A stretch of 63,445 nucleotides of DNA, the filler included, from Octopus bimaculoides (lineage: Eukaryota), in assembly GCF_001194135.2 (NCBI RefSeq). It is 8 parts of 7 records of this genome, joined end to end, with 100 filler letters (N's around TTAATTAATTAA, not from the genome) between each part and the next. Parts side by side here need not be neighbours in the genome. Positions count along the whole stretch, not along the records: positions 1 to 20,348 come from NC_068981.1; 7 more parts are not named here. One strand, 5' to 3'. Of this stretch, positions 1-13,479 are shown piece after piece. The notes under the pieces were generated by a model. It was not told the DNA's origin. It saw only the letters and a program-made list of their open reading frames with translations, and ran no database searches. The position numbers and the translations under genes are program-made. How positions within the stretch are numbered: position 1 is the first letter of the stretch; each line of letters begins with the position of its first letter.

Positions 1-678
1 TATGAAAAATAGGTAAAGAATACTGAGATGAAAGTTTAATCTATGACGTTGTATGTATCACTTTCTCTCTCTCTCCCTCTCCCTCTTTTACTCTTACTCT
101 CTATATTTTTATGTTGAGCGCGTGTGTAAGAATGGCGTTCCAGGTAGCAGGGATGAAATATAAAAGTTGCTAGAAACAACAGCCAAATCTCCCTTAAATC
201 ACACAAAGTAAACGGAATTTAAAAAATCTAATTACTGCACTGGAAAGTTCAGATCGAGAAAATTCCATTGATGTAAACATTTTTACGAAAAAGTCGAAAA
301 TGTGGATTTCTATAAACATTCAAAAAGGCTTCACACAAACACACAATTTCAGATTTATATATTAAGATTTATTTATCTATTTTTAAAATCGTAAACTTTA
401 TGGTTCAAAACATTGAGAACATTTGAAGAAAAAGAAAAACAAAAGCAAACACAAAAATTGTGGTATGTGTCTATATTGTCGAATAGTGTTAATATATCTA
501 ATTATTTTCTGTGACTAAAGACCAAATGAATAGCACATTTCTATACATACGGACGTATATGCGTATGACGAGAGCTTTATGGTGCTGCTGACAGCGATCT
601 TATTTATTACAGATTACATGACAAAACCACCCACCCATCAAAATATAATTTAAAGCTCAACTGAATAGCTAAGTCTAA

Positions 679-1032
<354 letters not shown>

Positions 1033-1034
1033 TG

Positions 1035-1165
1035 AGGTCGACATTGCCTTTCATCCTTACGGGGTCGATAAATTAAGTACCAGTTGTGCATTGGAGTCTA
1101 TGTAATGGACTTACTCCCTCCCACGAAACTACAGGCCTGGTGCCAAAATTTGAAATCATCATTAT
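1035..1165 (+). mobile_element. 5'-truncated SINE (family A; central motif GCCTTTCATCCTTTCGGGGTCGATAAATTAAGTACCAG)
   Basis: Same sequence as the full copies at 6909-7104, 11938-12154 and 34930-35560. Confidence 0.8.
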
Positions 1166-1533
1166 TTGTTATTACGGTACATAGGTCGGCATACTTACAG
1201 AAGTGTGCCCAACCACCTCAACTTTCTTTCCTCATAACTTTTAAGGAAAATGGATATTCTTTAATGAAATTTTCTTCAGATGGTGTACATTCCAATTATA
1301 TCGAATTTGTCGTGAAAACAAATTTCCGTAGTGTGGGGAAGAGGAGTTTCGGAAAATCACACGAGTCGGCTCTATTTACTCATAATTCGCAGAAACTTCA
1401 GTACTTTCCATGAAATTTACTACAAATACCTTTCAGATGATGTAAATTATAATTTTATCTGAATGTAATTAAAAAAAAAAAATAGTGAGTGAGCACACGT
1501 AAACTTTCAAGTGTTGTTTTGTAGATTTATATG

Positions 1534-1686
1534 CAGGAGCGGACCGAGCCGTCGGTCAGCCGGGCATTGCCTGAGGACTCAGAGCTCTGAGGGCCACTCT
1601 ACATGTTAACTCTCTTTGATATTAATACTAAGGGGCCCGATGAACAGTTATGTCCGAGAGCCCTTAATACTCTCAGTCCATCCCTG
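1534..1686. mobile_element. hAT-type MITE, 153 bp
   Basis: Imperfect TIRs CAGGAGCGGACCGAG / CTCAGTCCATCCCTG. Perfect 8-bp TSD TTTATATG at 1526-1533 and 1687-1694. Confidence 0.88.
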
Positions 1687-2280
1687 TTTATATGTGATGC
1701 ATTTCAGTATGTATATGTGTGTGTGTGAGACCACCACTTGTTTTCCTCACATTAAATTCCTATATTATTGTAATCTTCCCCATTTATTACGTATAGACAC
1801 AACGTTTTAGGAGGAAATTTTAAATCTTCTTTCTCACATTTTTTAATTTTGCCGTTCTATATAAATACTAGTATACCCATGTCGTCAAAATGCCGATAGT
1901 TTTATTAATCATAGAATATGATGCATCTACACAATGAGAAAAACCAGTGAATATATGTACATACACACAATTGAAACGACAACAGCATGGACTTTGTCTG
2001 TCTTCTTACCCTATTAGAGGGTTTAAGTAAAATTATACAAATGTGTCCGACTGATTAAAAAAAAAATTCTATTTATTTATGCAGCTGAGGATAGTCCTGC
2101 ATTTAAATTGATGTAGTGATTGCATTGTTCAATTAAAGAGAGCATCACCTCTGGATATCCTGTTGCTTATTTTGATTTTATTCACCTTATTTTGAAGTTG
2201 TACGGATAATACTGCACTAATTTGTGGTGCTTTAACTTGGGTACTTAATTCAGCAGAATATCTCTCTCTCTCTCTCTCTT

Positions 2281-2326
<46 letters not shown>

Positions 2327-2976
2327 AAAGAATAATAGGGAAGATCATCATCATTTTTATTTAACATCTACCAGACTGAAACCTGGTACTGCTCTCTGGT
2401 TTACAAGTTCCAGTCAGATCATCTAACCCATGCCAGTATGGAAAGCAGGCATTAAATGATTATTATGATGATTATTATTTCCATGCTTGCATGCTTCAGA
2501 TGGAATTTGGTAAGGCAAATTTTCTACAATCGGATGCTCTTCCTGTCTTTAATCCTCACCAGTTTCCAAGCAAGGAATTATTTCCTTGTGACCAAACATG
2601 TTTTTTCATGGAGGACTGATAATGAACAGCATCACTTGTATGAAGGTGATGCTCATGGTGCTCGTATGCCTCCTTGTCTTGAAATCATACGGACACACAC
2701 ACAGAGCTTCTTTCAGATTCTGTCTACCAGATCCACTAACAAGTCTTTGATCAACTTGTGGATATAGTAGAAGACATTTGCCCAAATTGTCATATAGTAG
2801 GACTAAACCCCAAACCATGTGTTTGGGCAACAAGCTTCCTATTCACACAACCATACCTGCAGTAAAGTTAAAGTTTGAAAATATAAATAACTATGTGTTG
2901 TTCAGTGTTTGAATCTATCATTTCTGTATTTCAGTTTATTATTATTCTAATGTCTGACTTCTGTTTATATTTACAG

Positions 2977-3110
2977 GCTGCAAAGTAATAATAGCTTCAC
3001 GGAAAAGAGATCGCCTTGAAGCGCAAGTTCAGAGGCTCCAGGAAAATATTCCACCAGCAAATTCTGATCATATCAGTTCAATTGTGTGTAACATACGGAA
3101 AGAAGAAGAG
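2977..3110 (+). CDS. PECR: PECR coding exon 2 (CKVIIASRKRDRLEAQVQRLQENIPPANSDHISSIVCNIRKEEE)
   Basis: Acceptor ttttacag at 2976, donor GAG|GTGGGA at 3110. Open frame of 134 bp with VIIASRK and CNIRKEEE, typical of PECR. Exons 1+2 = 246 nt, so phase 0. Confidence 0.92.
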
Positions 3111-3208
3111 GTGGGAAATCGCTGACTTATCTTTATTACTTTTTTAAGTTCTAATTCTCGTCTGTTTTTTTTTTTTTTGAGTTCCAGTCCTTAACATCTT
3201 GTTCTTAA

Positions 3209-3708
<500 letters not shown>

Positions 3709-4395
3709 TGAAGTTTCAGCAGTTAATAATTGATAAAGTTATTCGGTTATTATTGTTGTTTGTTAGTTCCAAATCAACTCTGATTGAGTAAATCTGATCA
3801 AAGGTGTTAAATCCATGGCAATCTTGTCTTTTTATGAAGCAGTGTACATCAAGAATCACATTATCCAATATGTTGTTGTTCTTTTTAAAACAACTGGATA
3901 GGCATAGGCATGGCTGTGTAGCTTTCAAACTGCATGATTTGGGGTTCAATCCTTAGTAGAAGACGTTTTGAGCAAATATCTTCTACTAGGCTGACCAGTG
4001 CCCTTTGAATAAATTTGGTAGACAGAAACTGTGTGAAACTTCTTGTGTGTGTGTGTGTGTGTGTATATTTTTCCTGTGACAGCTAGTGTTTGTTTATGTC
4101 CCTGTAACTTAATGATCCAGCATAAAAGACTGATAGAATATGTACCAGACTTTAAAAAAAAAACAGTTCTATTGTTGGTCTATGTCAGTCCAGTTTTAGC
4201 TGACCTACGATCAAAACATTCTAACCATGATCATCCCATGTTTTTTTTCAGTCATCAAGTATCCTGGACTCTATTGTCCAAGGTTTCCTTTTCCAAGATG
4301 GCACAGTTTGATTTCTGAGGGACTTAGCTGCTGTTTCTAGCAATTTGAGTGGTCCTGTAGATCACTGAGTGATCTACAGCAAGTTGAGTGGTCCT

Positions 4396-4793
4396 GAGTG
4401 TTTCTCAATCTTTTTACCCTTATGCAGCCCTTAAAATAAATTACATGTCTGAAGGAATGCCTGCACGAACAAAATTATATACCATATCTATCTTGTGTTT
4501 TTTCATCATAGTTCACATGGTAAATATTACATATATATATATCATCATCATCATCATTGTCGTTTAACGTCCGCTTTCCATGCTAGCATGGGTTGGTTGT
4601 TATATTATTTTGATAACATAAAGGTTAGATAGGATGATGTCGATATTACAATATTACAATAGCCAATATGTTATGCAGGTATAGTATTACAATCATGAAA
4701 TTACCATTATCTTATCTCACTCTTTCTCACGAAACCCCAAGGAACCTTTTGTGGAACCCTAGGATTCCAGGGAATCCCAGTTGAGAAACACTG
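4396..4793. mobile_element. hAT/Charlie-like MITE remnant with nested repeat fragments
   Basis: Ends GAGTGTTTCTCAA...TTGAGAAACACTG resemble CAGTG-type hAT TIRs. No clean TSD. Confidence 0.5.
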
Positions 4794-5151
4794 CTGTAGA
4801 TGCTCCTTCACAGGATCATTTGATTGTGTCTTTTTAAGGATTTCATCATCATCATTGATGTCATTGTTTTAACATTCACTTTTCTAAACTTGCATGGGTC
4901 GGACAGAATTTAGTGAGGTAGATTTTCTATGTCCAGATGCCCTTCCTATCACCTACCCTCACCTGTTTCAAAGTAAGGTAATGTTTCCCATAACCAGACA
5001 TATTTCTGCAAGATATTGGAAAGGAATAACATTTCTTAGATGACAATGGTACTCATTTATAACTATCGTGCATTGTCAAGGCAAGGACGGACACACACAC
5101 ACACATTTGCACACACACACATACATTTGCACATGCACACACACACGTTTG

Positions 5152-5196
<45 letters not shown>

Positions 5197-5827
5197 CAAC
5201 AAGAAGCTTCTTTCAGATTTCTTCTACTAAATCCACTCCGAAAGCTTTAATAAGACCAATGCTATTGTGTGGAGGCATATGGCTTAGTGGTTAGGGAGTT
5301 ATACTCATGATCGTAAGATTGTGGTTTCAATTCTTGGACTGGACACTTGGCCAAAACACTTCATTTCACATTGCTCCAGTCCACTCAGCTGGCAAAAATG
5401 AGTAGTCTTGGGATGGACCGGTGCCTTGTCCAAGTAGGGAATTTGTACACCATGAAACTAGGAAACTGGCCCTTATAAGTTGGCATAACTCAAGAAGATA
5501 ACCTTTACCTTTACTTTCTTTAGTGCTATAGTTGAAGACACACTTGCCTAAAGTGCCATGGGTTATAGGAAATTTCACCATAAATATTTTATTATTTGCC
5601 TTAAGAAAATTCACTGCAAGAAATTTAATTTTAAATGATCTCATCACTTATTTTTAATGTTTGATGTCGAATAAAAATTTTCCTATTTAATGCTCTTATA
5701 AGAGGGTGGGGCATTGCCAGTTGAAGATGTGAGGTAAAGTAACTTCTACTTCCTATCTTACATGCAACCACTTGGTTATGTTACAAAATAAAAAAGATTG
5801 TCATTTATTAATTTGATATTTCACATG

Positions 5828-6232
5828 AGGCACCAGTGTAGGAGTGTGGTTAAGCGGTTTGCTTCCCAACCACATGGTTTTTGGTACAGCCTCATTGTAT
5901 GACAACTTGGGCAAGTGTTTTCTACTATAGTCCTGGGCCACCTAAAAGCTTGTAAGTGGATTTGACAGTTGGAAGCTGAAAGAAGCCCATTGTATATATG
6001 AGAGCACTTATGTATATATATGTGTGTGTGTGTGTGTGTTCTCTCCCCCCCCCCTCCCAACATCACTTGACAACAATGCTGGTGTGGTTACGTCTCCATA
6101 ACTTAGCAGTTCAGCAAAAGAAACTGATAGAATAAGTACTAGGTTTACAAAGAATAAGTCCTGGGTTCGATTTTCTTGACTAAAAGCAGTGCTCCAGCAT
6201 GGCCACAGTCAAATGACTGAAACAGGTAAAAG
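5828..6232 (+). mobile_element. tRNA-headed SINE (family B) with internal microsatellite
   Basis: Pol III-like head, TTGGGCAAGTG(T)TTTCTACTATAG core, internal (TA)/(TG) run, conserved 3' block ending GGTAAAAGAA. Many other copies in the window. Confidence 0.8.
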
Positions 6233-6320
6233 AATATATATATATGCATACATATATGGGTATGTTGGTGCAAATAGCAAAAATAGAACTCAAAATATGA
6301 GTATATGTATATTTTTATCA

Positions 6321-6908
6321 ATATTTAGCAGAAGCAACAGAGTGAATCAAGGTCTGAGAGTTTCATGCATTGGCACTTATCAAACTAGTTACAGTTGAAG
6401 GTCTGCATGTTTATATAGCTGTTGATAAATAAATAAATATATTCCCTTATGGAATGTTCTAGAATGAATTATGATAATGTCACATGGATAATTAAAAAAA
6501 TTTTAAAATTTGCCCATTATGTCGTTCAATAAGTAAATACAGAAATACATAAGAAAGAAACAAAGAGAAAAAGAAAAACAAAAACAAAAAAAGAATATTG
6601 TGTATGAAATCACATACGCATACACATATTCACATCTACACACACACATGCACAGATACACCTGTTTTTTTTCTTTCTAATTTGTCTATGTATTTGCTTA
6701 TTGAATGAGAATTGGCAAAATTTTGAATTTTTTGAATTATCTGCATGACATTATTATAATTCATTCTAGAACATTCAATAGGTAAATTATATTTATTTAT
6801 TTATCAACAGCTATATAAACATGCAGATCTTCAACTGTAACTAATTTGGTAAGTGCCAACATATGAAACTCTCAGACCTTGAGTCACTCTGATGCTTCTG
6901 CTAAATAT
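6321..6908. mobile_element. Foldback/MITE-like element with long inverted arms
   Basis: ATATTTAGCAGAAGC... at 6321 and ...GCTTCTGCTAAATAT at 6908. The arms are reverse-complementary over roughly 200-250 bp. Confidence 0.85.
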
Positions 6909-7104
6909 CATTTTCTACTCTAGGTACAAGGTCCAACATTTTTGNNNNNNNNNNGGGGGGGGGGTACTGGTACTTAATTTATCGACCCCAAAAGGATGAA
7001 AGCAAAGTTGACCTTGGTGGAATATGAACTCAGAATGTAAAGACAAATGAAACACTGCTAAGCATTTCGCTTGGTGTGCTAACATTTCTGCCAGCTCGCT
7101 GCCT
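6909..7104 (-). mobile_element. SINE family A with 16-bp TSD
   Basis: TSD TGCTTCTGCTAAATAT at 6893-6908 and 7105-7120. Family A head and core on the minus strand. Confidence 0.88.
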
Positions 7105-7544
7105 TGCTTCTGCTAAATATTAATAAAATAAATATATATAGTTCAAATTTACAGAAAACAAAACATGAAGTCAGGTGAGGGAAAAACAAGCTGGTGTATT
7201 AGTTTGATGCTAGGGAAGAAGAGAGAGAGAGAGGGGTATAGCTATTTGAGTATGTGAGTGTCTCTCCCAGTCTTGATATTATGTGATGGCTGCAAATGAG
7301 TGTCAATATCATACATGTGGTGTCATTCATTTCCAATATTCTGTGGAAACATATTTAGTCATGGGGAAATATTTACCTTGCTTGGAAATACGTGAGGGTT
7401 GGTGACAAGAAGAGCATTTGGCCATAGAAAATCTGCTTCAATAAACTCCATCTAACCCATGCAAACATGGAAATCTGGACATTAAAATAACAGTAGTGGT
7501 GGTAGTCCTTTTTAGCTAATGTCACACAAAATAAAGGGCAAAAA

Positions 7545-7790
7545 CCCCTTTCGGTCATGAATGATCATGAGATTGCACCTAGGAAGTTCCCTCCGGGCAA
7601 GGTTGTTTATGGAAGACCAGCAGTCGTCTATGCATACCAGCCTCCCCTCTCCACGACACTGATGTTTTATTCAAGGGAAAGGCAAAGGCCGATACAGCTT
7701 GACACCAGTGACATCACAACTCATTTCTACAGCTGAGTGAACTAGAACAATGTGAAATAAAGTGTCTCGGTCAAGAACAAAATCACACAA
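7545..7790 (-). mobile_element. SINE (third family), minus strand
   Basis: Shares the ...ACACTTTATTTCAC...CACTCAGCTG block with related copies near 5270-5480 and 34620-34740. Confidence 0.6.
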
Positions 7791-8137
7791 AATACAACCT
7801 TCGTATTTCCTAGTATACACTATCAGCCATGTGAATATCATGTGCTTATTTCATAGCATTCACTTAAACTTACTGTTTTCTGTATTGTAGGTGCAAGGTT
7901 ATCACATTTCTCTTCATCTTTTTAAAACATTATTTGCATATAAAATTTTTAAAGAAACTTATATTATTCTATTTAACATTACTTCACTAGCATTTACCAT
8001 TATATTATTTTCTTATGAGTGACAATTACTAATTTCGTTTGTACGACATATCTGACAGATAGTAGGTGGCTCTGATTATTTCCCCTACACTGTGCAATTT
8101 TCTATTGACAACGTAAACTTATCAAGAACTTTATCTG

Positions 8138-8177
<40 letters not shown>

Positions 8178-9256
8178 CTAAAACTCTGTGATTGCTTGCT
8201 TGTGTGCATGCTTGTCTGTAATTTGATACAACTAAACCAGTGCATAATGGGAAAATATTCTGAAAGTAAGGTACCCCTGAAATGTGAATTCAAATGGAAT
8301 AAAACAAGTTTTGTGTAAATCAAATCATGGATTTCCGAGATATGCAGTTTTTTGTGGGGGCTACCTTCATAAATAGCCAAAATGGCACATAAGGGGAAAA
8401 TACTCTGAAAGTAACATAATTCTGAAATGGAAATATATAATACTGTGTAAATTGTTTCCATTAATTTTATGTTTACGTTATATAAAAATTCCTTTTGCAT
8501 TTTTGTAGAAGTGTGCACATATGCCATAAATAGATGCTGTTACTGGAGTTCAAGTTCATCCCCAGAAATTCTATATCTATTAGATGCTGTAAATAATCAA
8601 TAAAACCTTAAACATTGAACTTGCAAACCAGATCTATGATGACACGAATGAATTGAAATATTTAACTGAATCATCATAAAATTAACTTTCATTTCAATGC
8701 AATGCTGAAACTAGCTTCATTGTTTTATAACCTGAACTGTCAGTGACCCAATGGGTCAGGGGTAGTCTAGTCGTTCATTATTTTCAAGTAGAATTCAATT
8801 CTTTATATCCTGGTATGTAATTCTAGGATTGCCCTAGGTCATTTATCAACAACTTTGCATACATTTAAATATTTGCTGACTCTTCTCCCTACAATTTTAT
8901 CTTCTATCTTTTACCTCTTTCAGCCATGGGAGTGTGGTCATACTGGGGCACTGCTTTGAAGGATTTAATTGAACAGATTGATCACCAGTAGTTATTTTTG
9001 AGTCTGGTACATATTCTATTGGTCCCTTTTGCCAATCTTCTTAGTTACAGGGACATAAATTAAACAAATCAACACCAGTTGACAAGTAGTGTAGGGGACA
9101 AACACAAAGACACACACCCTTTCTCCATAAATATAAATGTGTGTGTGTATGTTTGTGTGTGTGTGTGTGAGAGAGAGTATCTGTGTGTCTATGTGTAGCA
9201 TAGTGTATATCTGTGTAGGAATATATAATAACCATTATTTATACCTTGTCTGATAC

Positions 9257-9308
<52 letters not shown>

Positions 9309-9362
9309 GAGAAGAGGATAAAGAGACCAATGACAAAGTTAGAATTATATTTTATGTATAAA

Positions 9363-9411
9363 GTCTTACAGCTGTTTCAGGAAAAATCCAATGTATCCCT
9401 TCATCGGAGAC
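9363..9411 (-). ncRNA. Minimal type-I hammerhead ribozyme motif (U4->C variant), PLE pLTR-like
   Basis: Minus strand reads GTCT-CCGATGA-AGGGA...TTCCT-GAA-ACAGCTGT-A-AGAC. Stem I GTCT/AGAC, stem II paired, palindromic stem III, GUA cleavage triplet. Confidence 0.7.
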
Positions 9412-9999
9412 AGAAATAGTAGAGGAATGTATCTATATGTATATATAAAACAGGCTTCCATGCAGCTTTCATCTACCAAATTCACAAAGCTTTGGTCAAT
9501 CTAGGGCTATAGTAGAAGACACTTGTGCAAGGTGCCATGCAGCGTGATTGAACTGAAAATCATGTGGTTGCAAAATGAGCTTCTTAAAAATACAATGTGG
9601 AAGTGATCATATGACCTAATCTATTGAATAGATATATGTGGGAAAGTAGCAATTATCTGAGTGGTTGTTTTGTATAGTTCTTTTATGTTGGTCAAGTGTG
9701 CTCTGTTTGGCCTTGTGCTATGATGTCAGTATATTTTTACAAATTATTCATATCTATGAATGAATGAGAAAAGGATGTATTATGACTCTGTATCAGATTT
9801 AGAACAGTGCTTTGTTAGTGTGCTTGGCAGACAGAAACTGTGTGTGGAAGTCTTCTGTGTACACAAGGTGCTTTCCAGAAGTTTTTAGACATTTTAAGGA
9901 GGGACATTTATTAATTTCAAAGTACAAAATTCTAATCTTCTTCAAAATTCCAGCCACATTGTGAAGGTCCCATAGAAGACCTCCAAAGTAAAAGTACAC

Positions 10000-10620
10000 A
10001 GGGCCCTGTGGACAAGTGCATCAACATGCATTTGGGGAGGAAAAACCCAGCTTTTACATACTCACTCTACAACACCAATCTTAGAAAATCTGTTAATGAA
10101 CATGACCTGAGTATTATTGTCAACAGCCATCTTCTTTGGCCAAGCCACATATCTAAAATTGTCAAGAAGGCTGAGGGTGTCTTAGTATCACTCAGTAAGA
10201 CCTTTGTCAGCTGCTTTCCAGCCAGCTATTTAAATCTGTATGTGACTATGGTGTGTCCTCACTTAGAGCTTGCATCACAAATCCCTATCTTTCTTGGCAT
10301 ATCAATCTCCTGGAAACTGTTCAGAAACATGCACCCAGACAGATACCTACCATCAAGCATCTACCATACTCTAAACATCTTGCTTTCCTAGGCATGAACA
10401 CATTAAAGCTCCGGCATCTGGCAACTGACCTGGCAGATACCCATAAGATTATCCAGCATTTTTCTTGAATTCTATATGTCTAACTCTTACGGACATGCTT
10501 GCACACTCAAAAACCCATGACTTTCAGAAACATTTTTTCATATTCAGAATTCCTGAAGCATGAAATAAACTATCTGCGTCATTTAGTAGCTGTTGAGGTA
10601 CTACATCCTTCAAAACTTTC
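10000..10620 (+). mobile_element. Degenerate CR1-clade LINE, 3' part of RT ORF
   Basis: DKCINMHLGRKNP...EHDLSIIVNSHLLWPSHISKIVKKA...YVTMVCPHLE...LETVQKHA, with frameshifts. Confidence 0.8.
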
Positions 10621-10673
10621 ATGGTTCCTGAAATTCACCAGCCTGATAATCCCCACCTCCTTCCTTCCTTCCT

Positions 10674-10713
<40 letters not shown>

Positions 10714-11937
10714 TTCATTGCTGAAGACTCATTCACTGTCGATTTCCTGTGCATATTCTATGTACTGTTCATACAGTATTGGTTACTTTTTCTGATGAGT
10801 TGTAGTGCATCTGAACACTGTATACAATAAGTTCGTTATTATTCTATCTGGAATGACAAAAATTGGCAGGTCAGCTTATTAGATATATTGTAATGACATT
10901 CTAAAATTACAATAATCTAAGACAGTTATAGCTGCCTCTCCTAAAATAAGTCTCAAAACTTCTGGAATACATCTTTGTCTGTCTGTGTGTCTGTGTGTAT
11001 GTATGTATGTATGTATGTATGTATGTATCTCTCTCTCTCTCTCTGATGAAGATTTTATATTTTTATTAATGCATTGGTACATGTGTTTCAGCATTACATG
11101 TATTTATGTATATATGTATACACGTATGTATATGTGTGTGTGTGTGTGTGCTTGTATGTGTGTGTATGTATGCATACATGTATATATGTATGTATATATG
11201 TATGTATGTATGTATGTATGCATGCATGCATGCATGTATGTATGTATGTATGTATGTATGTATGTATGTATGCATGCGTGTATGTATTGTGTGTTTGTGC
11301 TTGTGATCCCATTGTTTGACAACCAGTGTTGACTTGTTTATGTCCCTGTAATGTAGCAGTCCAACAAAAGAGACCAATACAATAGATAGCCGACTAAAAA
11401 AATAAATACTGGATTGATTTTATTTGAATGAGTTCATGGACCCCCTAGTATTACCTTTGTGGACCACCAGGGGTCCTCGGACCACAGGTTGTGAACCACT
11501 GCAATAAGAAGTAAAAGAAGAAAAAGAGAGTAATAACAGAGAGTAGGTGGAGGGGAGGAAAGAGAAAAGACAGAGGTGAGGAGAAAAAGAGATAGAAAGG
11601 ATGGAGGTAAGGAGAGAGAGAGAGAGAGAGAGAGAGTGAATTACAGTAAAGATGTATGATGGTAACAGATTGGAAGTGATGAATGTTAATAAAGTGATAA
11701 AAAAAGGGAGTTAAAGGCATGAAAGAGAGTAATGGCTAGCAATAAAGGAATCATGGTGAGTGGGGTATTGAATTCAAAAATTCAGTGCTGTCCTTCATTA
11801 CACAGGCAGTATGATGAGAGAGGGGTATATTAATAGGAGAGGGTGTGACTGATAGACAAGCATAACAAAGAGAGGGAGAGCAATGTATAGAAATTTAATA
11901 TGAACATGTTGGTTAGGAGAGTTCTAAATCTAGATAT

Positions 11938-12154
11938 TCTTTTCTCCTCTAGGCACAAGGCCTGAAATTTTTGAGGAGGCCGGGCCAGTCGATTAGATTG
12001 ATTCTAGCACACAACTGGTACTTAATTTATCGACCCCAAAAGGATGAAAGGCAAAGTTGACCTCAGCGGAATTTGAACTCAGAACATAAAGACAGACGAA
12101 ATACCAGTAAGCATTTCGCCTGGTGTGCTAACGTTTCTGCCAGCTCGCCGCCTT
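11938..12154 (-). mobile_element. Full-length SINE family A with 17-bp TSD
   Basis: TSD GTTCTAAATCTAGATAT at 11921-11937 and 12155-12171. tRNA-like head (B-box GAGTTCAAATTCC) on the minus strand. Confidence 0.9.
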
Positions 12155-12894
12155 GTTCTAAATCTAGATATAATGCATGCTACTCGCCATAAACACCACC
12201 ACCTTCATTTTTACATCTGTTTTCATGCATGCATTGGTTGGGTTGTGTCATTTCTGACATGGCTCTTCACAACAGTTAAGTGAACAGGTCTCTCTGGTAC
12301 ACAATTTGGGAAATTTCAGAGTCTTGATGCATTGCTATTGAAAGTAGGCTTGGTGCGATAAGAGGTTGTTGGATAGTCAATGGTTTGTGTTCTTAAGGAG
12401 GTTTTAAGTGCTTTGTTTTTAATAGGGAACCTTCATATAATCACTTGACCAGCTGTTATAAAGAAACCAGTTCTCCCTTTAAGCCAGACCCTGTCGTTTT
12501 AAAAAATGGGAGGATAGACTAGATAAATATATTTTGCATATATTATGCCAGGAAAAATACACAGTTGGAATATTAGTTACAAGATGAAAAAAAAACTAAA
12601 ATACAGTATATTTTAATGTTTAAGTTACTAATAATTCAGGTAATGCCAGCTATTTTCTTGCTGTTTTCATCTCACACACACATGCAGGCACACACGCACA
12701 CACACATGCAGGCACACACACACACATGCAGGCACACACACACGTGCATGCACGTATGCATGCATGCATACATGCACTCGCGCGTGCGCACACACACACA
12801 CAATGTGCCTCTTTCTCTTTCTGTCTACTGAATCCATTTACATGGCTTTGGTCAGCTTGGAGCTATGCTAGAAGACATCAATGCCCCCGAATGT

Positions 12895-13245
12895 GATCGA
12901 TGCCAGGATTGCCTGACTGGCTCCCATGCCAGTGGTATGTAAAAAGCACTATCCGAACATGACTGATGCCAATACCACCGGGCTGGCTCTCGTGCCAGTA
13001 GCACGTAAAAAGTACTATATGAATGTGATTGATACCAGGCTTGCCTGACTGACACCTGTACCGGTGGCACGTAAAAGGCATCCACTACACTCTTGGAGTG
13101 GTTGGTGTTAGGAAGGGCATCCAGCTGTAGAAACATTATCAGATCAGATTGGAGCCTGGTGCAGCCACTGGCTCTCCAGATCTCACTCAAACCGTCCAAC
13201 CCATGCCAGCATGGAAAGAGGACATTAAACGATAATGATGATGAT
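12895..13245 (+). mobile_element. RTE LINE 3'UTR/tail fragment ending in (GAT)n
   Basis: GTTAGGAAGGGCATCCAGCTGTAGAAAC...CCAACCCATGCCAGCATGGAAA...TTAAACGAT(GAT)n. The same tail is attached to RTE coding sequence at 17225-17915. Confidence 0.8.
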
Positions 13246-13479
13246 GCTGAAGGTGCAGTACAGTGGGACTGAACCTGAAGCAACGCAGTTGGAAAGCAAG
13301 CTTCTTAACCATATTGTCATGCCTGTACCTTGTTATGTAAATAATAATTGTTTTATCTTCCACCTTTGTGCATTAGCATGTATTAAAGAGGTTAGTGATG
13401 TGGTATTTTCCCTTTTTATATTAATCTCCTATCATCTCATCTGTAAGGCTCAATCTTTTCATACCTTCAGGACTTGCAT

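Noticed and set aside
10792-10830. CTGATGA near the CR1 3' end
   Set aside because: No GAAA and no consistent stems.
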